Source: Eledone cirrhosa (lineage: Eukaryota). Taken from it: a stretch of DNA of 64,000 nucleotides. Position numbers and translations under genes: made by a program. Under the pieces are notes generated by a model, which saw only the letters and a program-made list of their open reading frames with translations, was not told the origin of the DNA and ran no database searches. Where the stretch lies: the NCBI GenBank assembly GCA_964016885.1, contig OZ024757.1, positions 10,788,001 to 10,852,000 of the forward strand. The letters run 5' to 3'. This document shows, piece after piece, positions 51,500 through 64,000 of this stretch; the stretch's first letter is position 1, and every line of letters starts with the position of its first letter.

Positions 51500-52122
51500 A
51501 ATTGGGCACTGTCGTGGTATTAGCTGTCAGAAAGAAGGTGACGTCAGTCGTCAACCTTCTCAATCCTTTATTTCCGATTCCGTTTATTTACGTTTATGAT
51601 TTTCTTTATGGGTACCAAATAACACCGTAATTTTCGAGAGAAACGATAATATACAATCTTATTTAACATGTGCATTAAAAACTACACTAGCTGTTACAAT
51701 TGTAATTAACGTGTAAGAACTTAAATGAAAATATAGGTGGCCCTTAAAAGGGCCGGTGTTGAACTTAAATTTGTTCTCTAATTTGATAACCATGACTTGT
51801 TTCAACACCGGCCCTTTTAAGGGCCACCTATATTTTCATTTAAGTTCTTACACGTTAATTACAATTGTAACAGCTAGTGTAGTTTTTAATGCACATGTTA
51901 AATAAGATTGTATATTATCGTTTCTCTCGAAAATTACGGGGTTATTTGGTCCCCATATTTTTTTTTTAATAAGTGTATCTCCTCGTAAACGTATCTCTTA
52001 GAAAATCCTAAACATAAATAAACGGAATAGTGATACGGAAATAAAAGATTGAGAAGGTTGACGAATGACGTCACCTTCTACTTTCACTTCTGACAGCTAA
52101 TACCATGACAGTGCCAATAATT
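51500..52122. repeat. Fold-back with ~265-320-bp arms and ~37-nt spacer
   Basis: 51500-51764 is the reverse complement of 51800-52122 apart from indels. Confidence 0.88.
51810..51825 (+). promoter_or_regulatory. Histone-mRNA-type 3' stem-loop without a histone CDS (mirror copy 51739-51754, minus)
   Basis: acacc GGCCCT-TTTA-AGGGCC accta matches the 6-bp-stem, 4-nt-loop SLBP-binding consensus, including the flanking ACC. Confidence 0.65.
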
Positions 52123-52669
52123 GTTATAAATACCTCAAAATTCCTCATTAATTAAACCCAAGACAGGTAAAAACTCCAGAGTCTTTCAGTCGGACATGAA
52201 AGAAATTAATTTCTAATGGAAGAAGAAAAGATGTTAAAGTCAGCCAAGGGAGATCACTCTCAGCGACTTATTGTAATTCTTGTTCGTGAATTAATCCGGA
52301 TTAAGACATTCCGGTGTATTTTGTGTGGAGGAAACCGGTTTTAGGTGGTGATAGCACGCATTACATGAACGTATGGTTCGTGAGGTCGAATCCCAGACCT
52401 GGCGACCTGTACGTTGAGGCCTTGAACAAGACACTTTATTTCTCATTGTTTTATTTCACCCAGGTGGCAAAAATAATAAGTTGTACCAGTAATTATAGTG
52501 GAAACGTTGTTACATAGAATTGTCACACTGAATCTCCCTGAGAACAATGTCAACGGTATACGTATCAATACAATACTCAGACAGATTATAATATAAGATG
52601 GGTTCTACATGTATTTCAAAGGGAAGCCATGTCATACATCTCGCTGAATCTCCCTGGGAACTACGTATA

Positions 52670-53425
52670 TACTAGTGACTATCAGACATAGTGTATCTAG
52701 GACTACATTATCTAATGTACAGTAGTTAGTATTACTGGCTATAAGACATAGTTTATCTAAGACTACATTATCTTATGTATAGTATAGAAATTAGTATTAA
52801 TGGCTATCAGACATAGTGTATCTAGGACTACATTATCTAATGTACAGTATAGTAGCTATCAGACATAGTGTACCTAGGACTACATTATATAATGTACAGT
52901 GTAGTGTCTATCAGACATAGTGTACCAAGGACTACATTATCTAATGTACAGTATAGTGGCTATCAGACATAGTGTATCTAGGACTACATTATCTAATGTA
53001 CAGTATAGTGGCTATCAGACATAGTGTAGCTAGGACTACATTATCTAATGTACAGTATAGTGGCTATCATACATAGTGTACCTAGGACTACATTATCTAA
53101 TGTACAGTATAGTGGCTATCAGACATAGTGTACCTAGGACTACATTATATAATGTACAGTATAGTGGCTATCAGACATAGTGTATCTAGGACTACATTAT
53201 CTAATGTATAGTATAGTGTCTATCAGACATAGTGTACCTAGGACTACATTATATAATGTACAGAATAGTGACTATCAGACATAGTGTAACTACGACTACA
53301 TTATCTAATGTACAGTATAGTGGCTATCAGACATAGTGTACCTAGGACTACATTATCTAATGTACAGTATAGTGGCTATCAGACATAGTGTACCTACGAC
53401 TACATTATCTAATTTACAGTATAGC
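52670..53425. repeat. 52-bp minisatellite, ~14 copies
   Basis: gtggctatcagacatagtgtacctaggactacattatctaatgtacagtata; internal hairpin tacatta-tc-taatgta. Confidence 0.92.
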
Positions 53426-54519
53426 AGTTAGTATTTGTGGCTATCATTATTATAGACTTCAAGTAAATCTTTGTCAACTTACCTCCTTCACATATAATCA
53501 ATGTGTTGTGTTGTTAGTTTTTACTAAACAACCAACGAAATAATCTCTTTGTTATCAAATTAGAAGTTTCAAAGATGTTATCAGCTTTATTTCACGACAT
53601 TAACGCTGGTGTATCCTCTTCATCGTTAGTCATAAATTGATATCTTGTCAGAATGAAGTAGTGAGGCTGACTTTATGTCTTTAGCTACAGATTTGACAGG
53701 AAATATATATATATTAGGTTGATATGTGGTCTAAAATATATATATTGTCTATAAATGACTGATAGCAGATGTCCTGGTGAAATAGTAGTTTTACTACTAC
53801 AGATTGTAATGGAACTCTTTGTAAAGTAAGAATAGATATGATAGTGTAAGACTGATGTCGGGGTGAGAAAATTGTGTATATATATATAATTGTTACACAA
53901 GATATAATTAGATTAATTAAAGTTATAATGAAGGCAGCAGGTACTCGGTGTCGTTGACAATGTTTCACCTCTCTTACCGGTGTCATGCGTTCTTATATTT
54001 GGATACTTTTACTGTATATGCTGCGATATTTCGTGCCTGCTTTTACTGCAAGTGCAAGAAGGAGAACAAAAAGTGCTCAGTCCACACTGTAAAATAGTCA
54101 TTTTGGTGCCACAATAAATAGTACCCAGTCCACACTGTAATGTTATCATGTTGGTGCCATGATAGTACCCAGTCCACACTGTAAAGTTGTCATTTTGGTG
54201 CCACAATAAATAGTACCCAGTCAACACTGTAAAGTAGTCATTTTAGTGATACTGCAGAAAGCACCCAGTACACACTGTTAAGTAGTTGGCGTTATGAAGG
54301 GCATCCAGTCATGGAAACCAAGACACGGTCATCTGATCTGAATTGTCTCACAATAGGACAACTCATCTAACCCATGCTAGCATGGAAAAATGGACGTTAA
54401 ACAGTGATGATGATGATAATGATGATGATGAAAGTCTACGGTGCTGAGACCACAAATCAAGGGAGTAGTCTATTGGTGTGAAGAAGTAGAGTGGGTATAG
54501 AGGAAGGTAAAAACATACC

Positions 54520-55920
54520 TGTGACATGAGTGTGTAACTTAGTAGTTACTGACTTTATAGTTATGTCTCGAGGAACTCAGAGACAGAGGGCAACCTGGAG
54601 AAGAAGAATATGGAAGATAAAGGAGCCCTCAGCCAGTAACACATCTAGAGATATTTTGTTTGACACTGTTTACAGTAAAGAAGAAGATATAGAGACTCAG
54701 AAGATAGAGGAGGTGTTGGTGTTATATATATGTATGCTCTGATGGATGAGCAGCATTAGGAAACTGAGGGAATAAGATGGTATAAGAGAAAGTAGATGTA
54801 GTGTGCTAGAGAGAAGACTACGTTGGTATGGACATGTGATGTGTATGAAAGATAGCAGCTGCATAAAGAAATGGAGAAAAACTGATGTGGTTAGGACCAT
54901 TGGAAGAGGCAGACCCAGGAAGACATGGGATGAGTGTGTGAAGACCTTAAAAGACCTCACAACAGAAATGACAAAGGGCCACAAGGGCTGGCACTATGTT
55001 ATGATAGTGAAGACCTGGTCAACAGCATACACTGTGGCCTGACCTATCCCCTTATCTTCCCTCTCCCTAGCACTCCCTAACAGGTATTTATCACTACACC
55101 ACCCCCACTCCTTATCTGCTGCCTCCTTCAAAACCTCTAGAATCCCTCACAGTTCACAATCTAGTAGATACTCCCCTCACTGTTATGTACTCCATCCATG
55201 CCCACCTCCACTAGTACTCCCTAGCAGCTCTCCTCATCTCCACTAAATACCCCCACACCAGCCATGCCCCCCCTCCAATAGTACTCCCTAGCAGCTCCCC
55301 TCATCTCCACTGAATATCCCCACTCCATCTTTGCCCCCTCCACTAGTACTCCCTAGTAGCTCTCCTCATCTCCACAAAATACCCCCACTCCATCCATGCC
55401 ACCTCCCTCTAGTATTTATCCCTTAGCTTCAGTCTCCCCCACTATAAACCCTTAGAACCCTTCACTATCACACCTTAGTAGCTACCATGCCCCCTTCCCT
55501 ATCTCTCTACTATTCTCTCCATCACTACACCTCCCCGTTTCTGACATTGGTGAGTGCCACCCCCACTACTTTAGTGTTCTCATCTTCATGGAGACAGGAG
55601 ACAGGTGAAGAGGACCCTTCAGTGGTGTCAAAGACAGGACAGTGTTCCTAGTGTTGGTGATCTACAAGATAAACACACCCACTACATGCTATAAAGTTGG
55701 TGCTAGGAAGCCATAGAAAGCTTGCCATACAAAGTGCTGGGAGGACCCTTCACATGACAACCTCTCCTGTGCACTTGATAGTATGTGAGATCATACATAA
55801 GAGAAATAACAGACTCCTAACCATCCTGGAAGGTCAGCAGCCGTGCATCAGTACTGACTTAGTCTATCTATACTCATCTATCCCTTACTAGCAAGGTAAG
55901 CAGACATTAAAACGATGATG
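54520..55920 (+). mobile_element. Old, internally deleted RTE LINE with long pyrimidine-rich 3' region
   Basis: NLVVTDF..RRRIWKIKEP is joined to ERRLRWYGHVM..GRGRPRKTW; (gat)n tail at ~55915. Confidence 0.7.
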
Positions 55921-56612
55921 ATGATAATATATATATATGTGTGTTTGTAGTGAAATGTTTTCCCACAGTGTTCTCTTATGGACATGGCCACCAAGAAGTG
56001 ACCTGTGACGTCTCGCAGAGAAGACAACAGTTAACATTTCTGGGGGCTTAGTTTTACAGCACCATTCCTACAAAGAAGAACATATTCTGGGGCCATCTAT
56101 TATTTATCAAAAATAACTAGCTGCCATTATAAATAGGCTGTCCTGTGGTCCTAACTCAGTCATCTGCCTCTTCATATAAACAACACAGCTCCCTTGCCAC
56201 TGCTTACTACTACCTCTACTGGTACATACTGTCTGACTACAACTTGTCAATTTTTAATCAAACATAGCATATTATACAAAGATTCTCCAGCACAACACAG
56301 AAGCCTTATTATACAACACTATATTCATTTGTACATCCTACAATCAAACTTTATATTTATGATTTGAAGTAATCAGATTTTTTTACCTTTTTGCTGAAGT
56401 GAAGTAACTTATATATCTAACCAGAATTATTGGTATTTGTCTTGTTTATCATCCTCTTTCATAACAACCACTAACTTCCCTTCATGTCTACACACACACA
56501 CACACAGCCAGATGTGTAATTCTCTTAATGTAAAACGTTTAAAAGTGAGTTGGCTGCTATTTCTAGCACATCAAGTAACAAGGTAAGAGACTGCTTCGTT
56601 GATATGTAATAA

Positions 56613-56780
<168 letters not shown>

Positions 56781-57512
56781 TGATGCACATGAAGGATGAC
56801 ATCTGTATAAAAAGGTACAGGGAACTCGAGGCTGTAGGGTGCCTCAAAAGAGGAAGACCTAAGCAGAAGTAGGATGTAATGACAAAAGGCCAACCTGGCT
56901 CAGCTGAACCTCTCAATGGAGATGGCACAGGACTGAGATCTCTGGTACTACAACATACAGCAAAGGACCAGAGTGAACCTCACGAGGTGCAAGGCATCGT
57001 GCGGCCAATTGGCCTGACATCCCTCATAATGGGACCTCTCAGCTCCCAAAATACGGTTCCCCTGTGAGCAGGGTACAGCGAGGCCAGCTGGCCAGACATT
57101 CCCCATAACAGTGCCACCCAGTTCCACACTGTAAAAGTGGTGGGTACTAGGAAGGGCATCCAACAACTGTAAAGACACAGCCACTCTATAGTCAAAGCAT
57201 GAGAGAACTGAGAGAGAAACTAGGCATAAGAGGGATCAGACGGCAAAACACGTATATGTATGTGTATGTATATATATATGTAAACTTTTATATATATTTG
57301 TATGTATATATTTGTGTGTGTGTATACAGAAATAATATATACACTACTTAATTATATATATATATACAACATATCAAAATAAATCAAATAAATTTAACAA
57401 ACGACTGAATCTACCAAAATAGAATATTTTATTTATTTATAATTTGCTGATAAACAATATTTTTGGTAAAAGTAATTCTCTTTTTCACACGTTCTTTCTT
57501 TCCATCCTTTTT

Positions 57513-57601
<89 letters not shown>

Positions 57602-57802
57602 AGGGTATAAAGTGGTGGTGTAGAGTGAGAGTTGCTGCCACAATAAAATACACCTTGTTCACTCTGTAAAGTAGCCATGAGGGTTCCACAATAAAATGCT
57701 CTGTAAAGTGGTTGTCATTGAAAACGTCATCCAGCAATGTCTGGTCTCGTTCCATGACAATACAAGCCATCCAGCTAATGCTAGAATGGAACACAGATAT
57801 AA

Positions 57803-57835
<33 letters not shown>

Positions 57836-57840
57836 AGAGA

Positions 57841-60800
57841 CTAGTTTTCCTCTGAATCTAGACAACGAAGAGCCTCAAAACAATCTGCTGTCTTTAGAGC
57901 TTCTTTCAGAGTGGCTATGGTGCATTCTCCTGGTTTACTAATTTCACACCATTTGAGTAACATTTCAAAAGCCTGTTGGCCAACATAATAAGGAATGTTA
58001 CACCTGATTTTTCTCAGTATATAAGCTGAAACTTCTAATTGAATACCTGTAAAATATAAAACAATAAGAAACCAATACTACAACAACAACAACAACAACA
58101 TTAAACAGATTAGTTATATAAAATATGTATACCACAGGTTGTAAATAACAAAGTAACTAGCTGTAGAGTAACAGAAATAATTAACATAAAAATTCTAAAA
58201 CATTGTTGTATGTTTCCAAGGATACCGACAAAAATAAAGAAGCTGAAGTGAAGAGAAGAAAGAAGAACAAGATTAAAGAAAATAGACTTGAGAAAATTAT
58301 GGCAAAGAAATGGCAGAAGTTTTTGTATTGTCAGAACTGGTGCAGAATTTAAATATCCAACATTGATAACCAACATTCACAACATGTCATCCATAGGAAA
58401 GGTTTAAAGGATGAGATTGAAGACCCCTCAATAACATCTCAAGATCAGTGTCTGAAATAGTCATGTTTCTGCCTAAAATCTACCAAGACATCAATGACAA
58501 GTGACAAACATTTCCTCATCATCATCATCATCATCATTTTACATCCTCTTTTCCCTGCTTGCAAGGGTGGGATGGGTCCTATTCATCATCTCTCCATTTG
58601 ACACGGTCCTTGGTCATCTACTCTTGTGAGCTTCAGCGATCTGAGGTCAGCTCTCACCACCTCTCCCCATGTTTTTTTGTGGTCTTCCTCTACTGTGTCT
58701 TCCTTCCACTGGAATTTCTTGGCACTTCATTACTCAGCAGTCATCACACATCCATACCAACACAGTCTTCTCTCCTGCACACTACATCTTATCCCACTTA
58801 TACACAGTTTCTCTCTCAACTCGTCTATGCTGTGTCATTCACACACATTGACATTGCACATCCAACGGAGCATGCTTGCCTCATTTCTCTCCGGCCGTCA
58901 CATTTCCTCCACAGTTGCTGCCCATGCCTCACTACCATGCAGCATCACACATCTCACACAGCCATCATATAACCAGCATTTCGATTGTAGGGAGAAACCC
59001 TTCATTGTCAGCAGAGGAAGCATCTCCCTAAACTTCTTCCAACCCGTCCTTATTCTAGATACTACGGCCTCGGAACACCCTCATCCCATGCTAATCTAAT
59101 CACCTAGGTATCAGAAACTATCAACTACCTCTATAGATCCTACCTGCATTTGAAAAATCTCTGTCAAATTTCTGTCAATCTCTGTCAAATTTCCCTGTAC
59201 ATCTACTGCATACGTATTTCTCCCTACCTGTCAGTTTTCCTGCTATCCCACTACATCCCTTGTGTACCCAAGATCTGCCTTGTGAACATTCTATAGAATT
59301 TATGCCAACTCCTTTTCTGCATAGCGAACATGGCCATTTCCCTGACAGAATCAGAGTTTTGTCCTCTCTTCTACTTATACACACTTTTGTCTTAGATAGG
59401 TTCACTCTCAGTCTTCTTGATTCCAACTACTGTTTCTATACCCAGAATTTATTCTCTAGCCTCTCTACGGATTCTGCTATAAGAACCAGATCGTCAGCAT
59501 AGAGAAGTTCCCATGGACAGCCAGTCTTAAACTCCTCTGTTATGGCTTGGAGGACTATAATGAACAAGAGCGGACTGAGGACCGAACCCTGATGTACACA
59601 TACTTATATCTGGAATTTCTCACTAAACTCCATTCCTACTCTCACTTTACTGACAGCACCCCTGTACATAGCTTTCACTGTCCTCACAAGCCATTCCCCT
59701 ACACCTAGTTTCCTTAGGGACCACCAGATGACAGATCGGGGTTCTCTATCAAAGCCTTCTCTAGGTCAACAAAAGCTAAGTATAGAGCTTATTCTTCTCT
59801 AAGAACCTCTCTTGTAGTTGTCTCACTAAAAAGAGGGCATCCTTGCTGCTAAATTTAATGGACATGTTGAGTAGCACCAAGATGACTCTTTTGGAGTACA
59901 TGATGGCTAGAGGTATGGCTTGAGGGATCAAGACACCTACAGTTCTGTGATGTAATTGACTTCAAGATATCAGCCAGTCATTTGATCAGGTAGACATACA
60001 AGCTAGATTAACTTTATTCTCATCAGAAAACAAATAGACAGATGGTTGTGAATATTAAAATGTTTTCCAGAGAAGGAAGCCTTTGATAGAGTGTGGACAA
60101 AGGAAGACCATAACAATAAGACTACACCATTGGATAAGTCAAAGATGACCGAAGAAGGAAAGAGTAACAATCTCTAGGAATAATGTAGGGTGGTCACACC
60201 TGGAACACCCTCCATTATAAATCTGTAGATCATGGCAGAACCAAGACTAAATAACAATAACAACCTATCTGTAAATTGAATATGTTTCAATAAAAACAAA
60301 CAAAAACATTCCCATTAACTCACTTGTTTACCCCAATACTCCAACAGATTTTTATTCCCTGTTTTAGAAGACAATATTAGTTATATTGTGTCTTCTAATT
60401 TATCCATTTTTACCAATTCAGTTAAAAGTAAACTTTATAGAAATCAACAAGATATTGTAATCTTATACTCACCAACTTCAAACCATTTTCCTCCTAATTG
60501 TTTTGCTACCTTCCATAGGACTTTCTCTCTAAGATTTTGAGACCCTGAAAAAATATTTCCAAGTTTCTTCATTTTACTGTAAAGATTTTCTATTCCTGTT
60601 TATAATCTATATTTTATATTTTCAGACATTCCTATCATCAGAAGTCAACTAGTGATCACAATGGCTTTAGTCAATATTTTCTCTTCTTGTTATATCAGGT
60701 CATATCTGAGTATTTAGGCCCACAACAAAATATGTTAAACTTTATAAATATTTTTTATCTATAAAAACATCTTATATTACATTATTGTAATTATCTCATT

Positions 60801-62154
60801 CCACTATCAGCTGATTATACATGTTTTTCTCATAGCTTTGTCTTTCACTTATGCCAAATCTACAATATAGCATCACTGTCCTCTCATCTCTGTATTTTAC
60901 TAATAAATATTCTGTTTATTTTCTTCTTAATTCAAATATCAGCCAAGTTGGTTATCAAAGACCTAGCCACAAATTCCTGATAGCCTACATGAAATAGGAG
61001 TAGATACACCTGCTTTCCTTGAGAAAGGTCGATGTTGGCAATCTTTAGTTTAAACTGACCACATCTGTGTTTACCAGAATGTCATCTGATTCATGTAATA
61101 TTTACAAATATTTACATGTCATGTGTCCTCCTTAATGATACAGGATCTTATCGGTGAGCACTGATTATTCTATACAGGTTAGAAGGAAAGTGATAACAGG
61201 TGTCCTAAAACACTGTACACTTACACAAATCCTCATTAGCTACCTTTAACAAGTCATATTTACATTAATGCTGTGAAAATATCTGAAAGGGATCCATGAA
61301 CTGACCCCAACATTATAAATTATCTCCTACAGACCCCTATATAAATAAATCATAGTTTCTCAAATCTTTGCTGACCTCTCCATCAATACAGTGGACATCA
61401 GTAGCGGGAGAAGCCAACTACCTGAAAATTTGAGGAAGTAGAAGTTACACCTGTCTTTTAGACATCTGTCAGTTCTAACAATGAGTGTTCCAATTGTTTG
61501 AATAACAGAACAGTTTACTCATGTAATTAAGGTGCAAATGGCTGAGTATTCCACAGACATGTATACCCATAGCGTAATTCTCAGGGAGATTCAGTATGGC
61601 ACAGTGTGTGACAAAGCTGATCATTTTAATTACAGGTACAGTCCATATTGTGCTATAGTGAGAGTGGCTGAGTATTCCACAGGCATATGTTCTCTTAACG
61701 TGATTCTAAGGGAGATTCAGTGATATGTTGTATGTGATATAGCTGGCCCATTGAATTACAGTAACAATAACGGTCGCCATTATTATAATTCTCAGGGAGA
61801 TTCAGTATGAAACAAAGTTGGCCTTTAGAATTACAAATACAACTCATTTTCCCATCTAAGTAGACTGAAGTAACATGATATAAGGTGTCTTGCTCAAAGA
61901 TACAATATGTTCCTGGGAATTGAACTCAGAACCTTACGATCATGAGACAAACACACTAACCACTAAGTCATGAATGGAAATATACAGACAGATTATCAAA
62001 TAATTACTTACTAAATTCATCCACCGTACATACAGTCATTCCACACTGTGTACAATGTTCAATTGTGGAACAACATTTTCCACAATCAACTTTATGTTGA
62101 CATGGAGTGGATGTATTGGTGGCTTTATTAATCTGACATGGGTGACATACAGCT
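57841..62154 (-). CDS. 3' exons of a RING-HC + death-domain gene, copy B (exons 62012-62154, 60473-60544, 57841-58046); probably an E3 ligase or immune adaptor, upstream exons not located
   Basis: All three exons have AG acceptors; both internal introns have GT donors and consistent phase 1. Product: AVCHPCQINKATNTSTPCQHKVDCGKCCSTIEHCTQCGMTVCTVDEF-R-SQNLREKVLWKVAKQLGGKWFEVG-IQLEVSAYILRKIRCNIPYYVGQQAFEMLLKWCEISKPGECTIATLKEALKTADCFEALRCLDSEEN*. The VA..LG..W / QA..ML..W / T...L..AL pattern is death-domain-like. Confidence 0.8.
58519..59838 (-). mobile_element. 5'-truncated RTE LINE in the last intron of copy B
   Basis: RT and PHD homology (ELLYADD, CSLCRKGVG), (cat)n tail, short catc duplication; empty site at ~12495-12515. 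Confidence 0.88.
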
Positions 62155-64000
62155 CTGTAAAAGAAAATAAAGATACAACTCACCAACAACATTAATTTAC
62201 ACCCAATATTACATTGTATACAAGTTTACAGAGATTATGTGTGAAGGGTACAACAACCTCTCTAGTATTGGTGACATGATAAAATACAACCAGTACACTC
62301 TGTAATGTGGTTGGTAATAGGAAGGGCTTCCTGTCATACAAAACTTTCCAAACAAAGGATAGAAAGGATTCTGTAGTGGTTTCAAAGACATGACAACATC
62401 CCTAGTGCTGGTGCCATGATTAAATCAGCAGTGCATTTCATGATGATGATGATGATTTATAATAAAGGGTGGGATTTGAACTAAGAACGTTCAGGGCCAT
62501 AACTCTATGCTGCAAAGCATGGTGTGTGACGCTCTACTGATACTGCCAATCCATAATAATAATGAAAATTATTGTGTACAATGCTCAGGTGCACTACAAC
62601 TCATCAAAGGTGCATGTATTGTACATAGAGTAATGTAGAAATATCAGGAAAGTGAACAGTGATTGAGTCATGATATACACACACACATGCGTGCATGTAT
62701 GGAGGTGTGAACATCAGGTGTAGTGTTGGAGAATTTCAGGAAGGATGGAGGTGTTAAAGGATGCAGTGTCCTGACAGCTAACAACTGATGCAGGTAGTTG
62801 GTTCCATGCTTCAGTAACTCTGAGCATGAAAAGATGTTTCTGAAAGTCATGGGGTCTGTACTGGTTTCCTGCTATTTCTTGGCTTAAAGCAGAAATCAGT
62901 TGTCGAACTTCTGCAACTTCTGTATTGAGGGTCTATTTTTGTTGTTGTTGATGTTCTTCAACAGGAATGGTAGGGGAAGACATGGTAGTTGGATTGTGTT
63001 GTTGTTCAACAACAATGGTATAGGAAGACACACATGCCAGGGACTGAAAGGACCAATTTGGTAGCTGCACCTTTTCCTAGAATCCATCCATCATCGAAAT
63101 ATGGTGTCTCTTTTTTGACCTGGGATCTTTGGAAAGTTTATGGCACATTGAAAACAGAGAGAAACATGACATTTACCACATTGAATCTATCTATTTTGGA
63201 AATAGTTCTTGGGTTCGGTACATAGATGACAGACGTGATTTTCCTGGCAATCTTCTATTTTGGGACAGTGAACAGTTTTATTACACACACCTCATCTATG
63301 GATGTCACTATAGCAATTATGTTCTGTCTGTCCATCCATACAATACAACAATAGTTAAACAAATAGATATGTCTAAGTATAGCACACTTGTTAAGGAGAT
63401 CAATAAAATATATTTTCTTTCTGTTTTCCTATTCTACGTGTGTGTATATAAAAAGATCTACACATGTATATATAATTAAGAGATGTATATAGGCTAGAAA
63501 TGAAGTCTATATCCAGAGTTTATAATGTAGGTACGATAGTTACTATAGTTTCTCACACACGGAACAGGATTCCCTTGCACGTTCTGTGTGTAGGTATATA
63601 TATATGTGTGTGCGTATGTATATATATATATATTGGTAAACGGAATAGAAAATGCTGACAAATTGTTCACAGTTGAAAAATGGTTTAATTAGGAATAAAA
63701 GAGTATTAGTGACTGTATGGGTTAGTATTCAGTTGTGGTTTTAAGTTTTTAAGTTTTTACCTGTTGCGCATTTCTAAATGCTTTTCAAAAATAATTTTGA
63801 GATAGAGTGTCCGTGTTGTTTGCTCTGATCTGATTAGTTTTGGGAGTTCTACCTGTTTTTATGTTAAAAAAGTGGCTCCAGCGTTACTTTGGTGTTGCAA
63901 AAATTCTTGTGGTCAAAACAATTTTGATTGGTCGGTAGAGGTCATGTGAATGTAAAAAATTGATTTTGCGCCAAGACTGTTTTTATGTTAAAAAAGTGGC

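Noticed and set aside
63129-63479. WVRYIDD motif suggestive of a Penelope RT
   Set aside because: No recognisable flanking RT motifs; too degenerate to call without a search.

Overview
Repeat-rich, AT-rich animal genomic DNA with no prokaryotic features. The (TA)n/(CA)n tracts, tandem C2H2 zinc-finger genes and SINE families suggest an octopus or other coleoid cephalopod (inference). Retroelements: a degenerate Tx1/L1-clade LINE (1-4513), one RTE-clade LINE with a fully open ORF (APE-RT with an inserted PHD-like finger; 13635-17139, minus), many truncated RTE and CR1 LINEs, and tRNA-derived SINEs. Host genes: two frameshifted C2H2-ZNF copies in a tandem segmental duplication, and two paralogous 3' ends of a spliced minus-strand RING-finger + death-domain gene (copy A at ~11.8-13.5 kb is broken; copy B at ~57.8-62.2 kb is intact within the window). 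Most notable: (1) the RING and death-domain exons of the two paralogues differ at ~38-49% of residues with almost no synonymous change, while the adjacent introns are nearly identical, a strong sign of diversifying selection; (2) many asymmetric fold-back elements in (TA)n tracts carry Penelope-type hammerhead ribozyme motifs, two with very long stem II and one linked to a GIY-YIG C-terminus; (3) an orphan histone-type 3' stem-loop duplicated in a palindrome; (4) a minisatellite that amplifies an ETS-type CCGGAAGT motif ten times. All calls were made by eye; no database searches were run.
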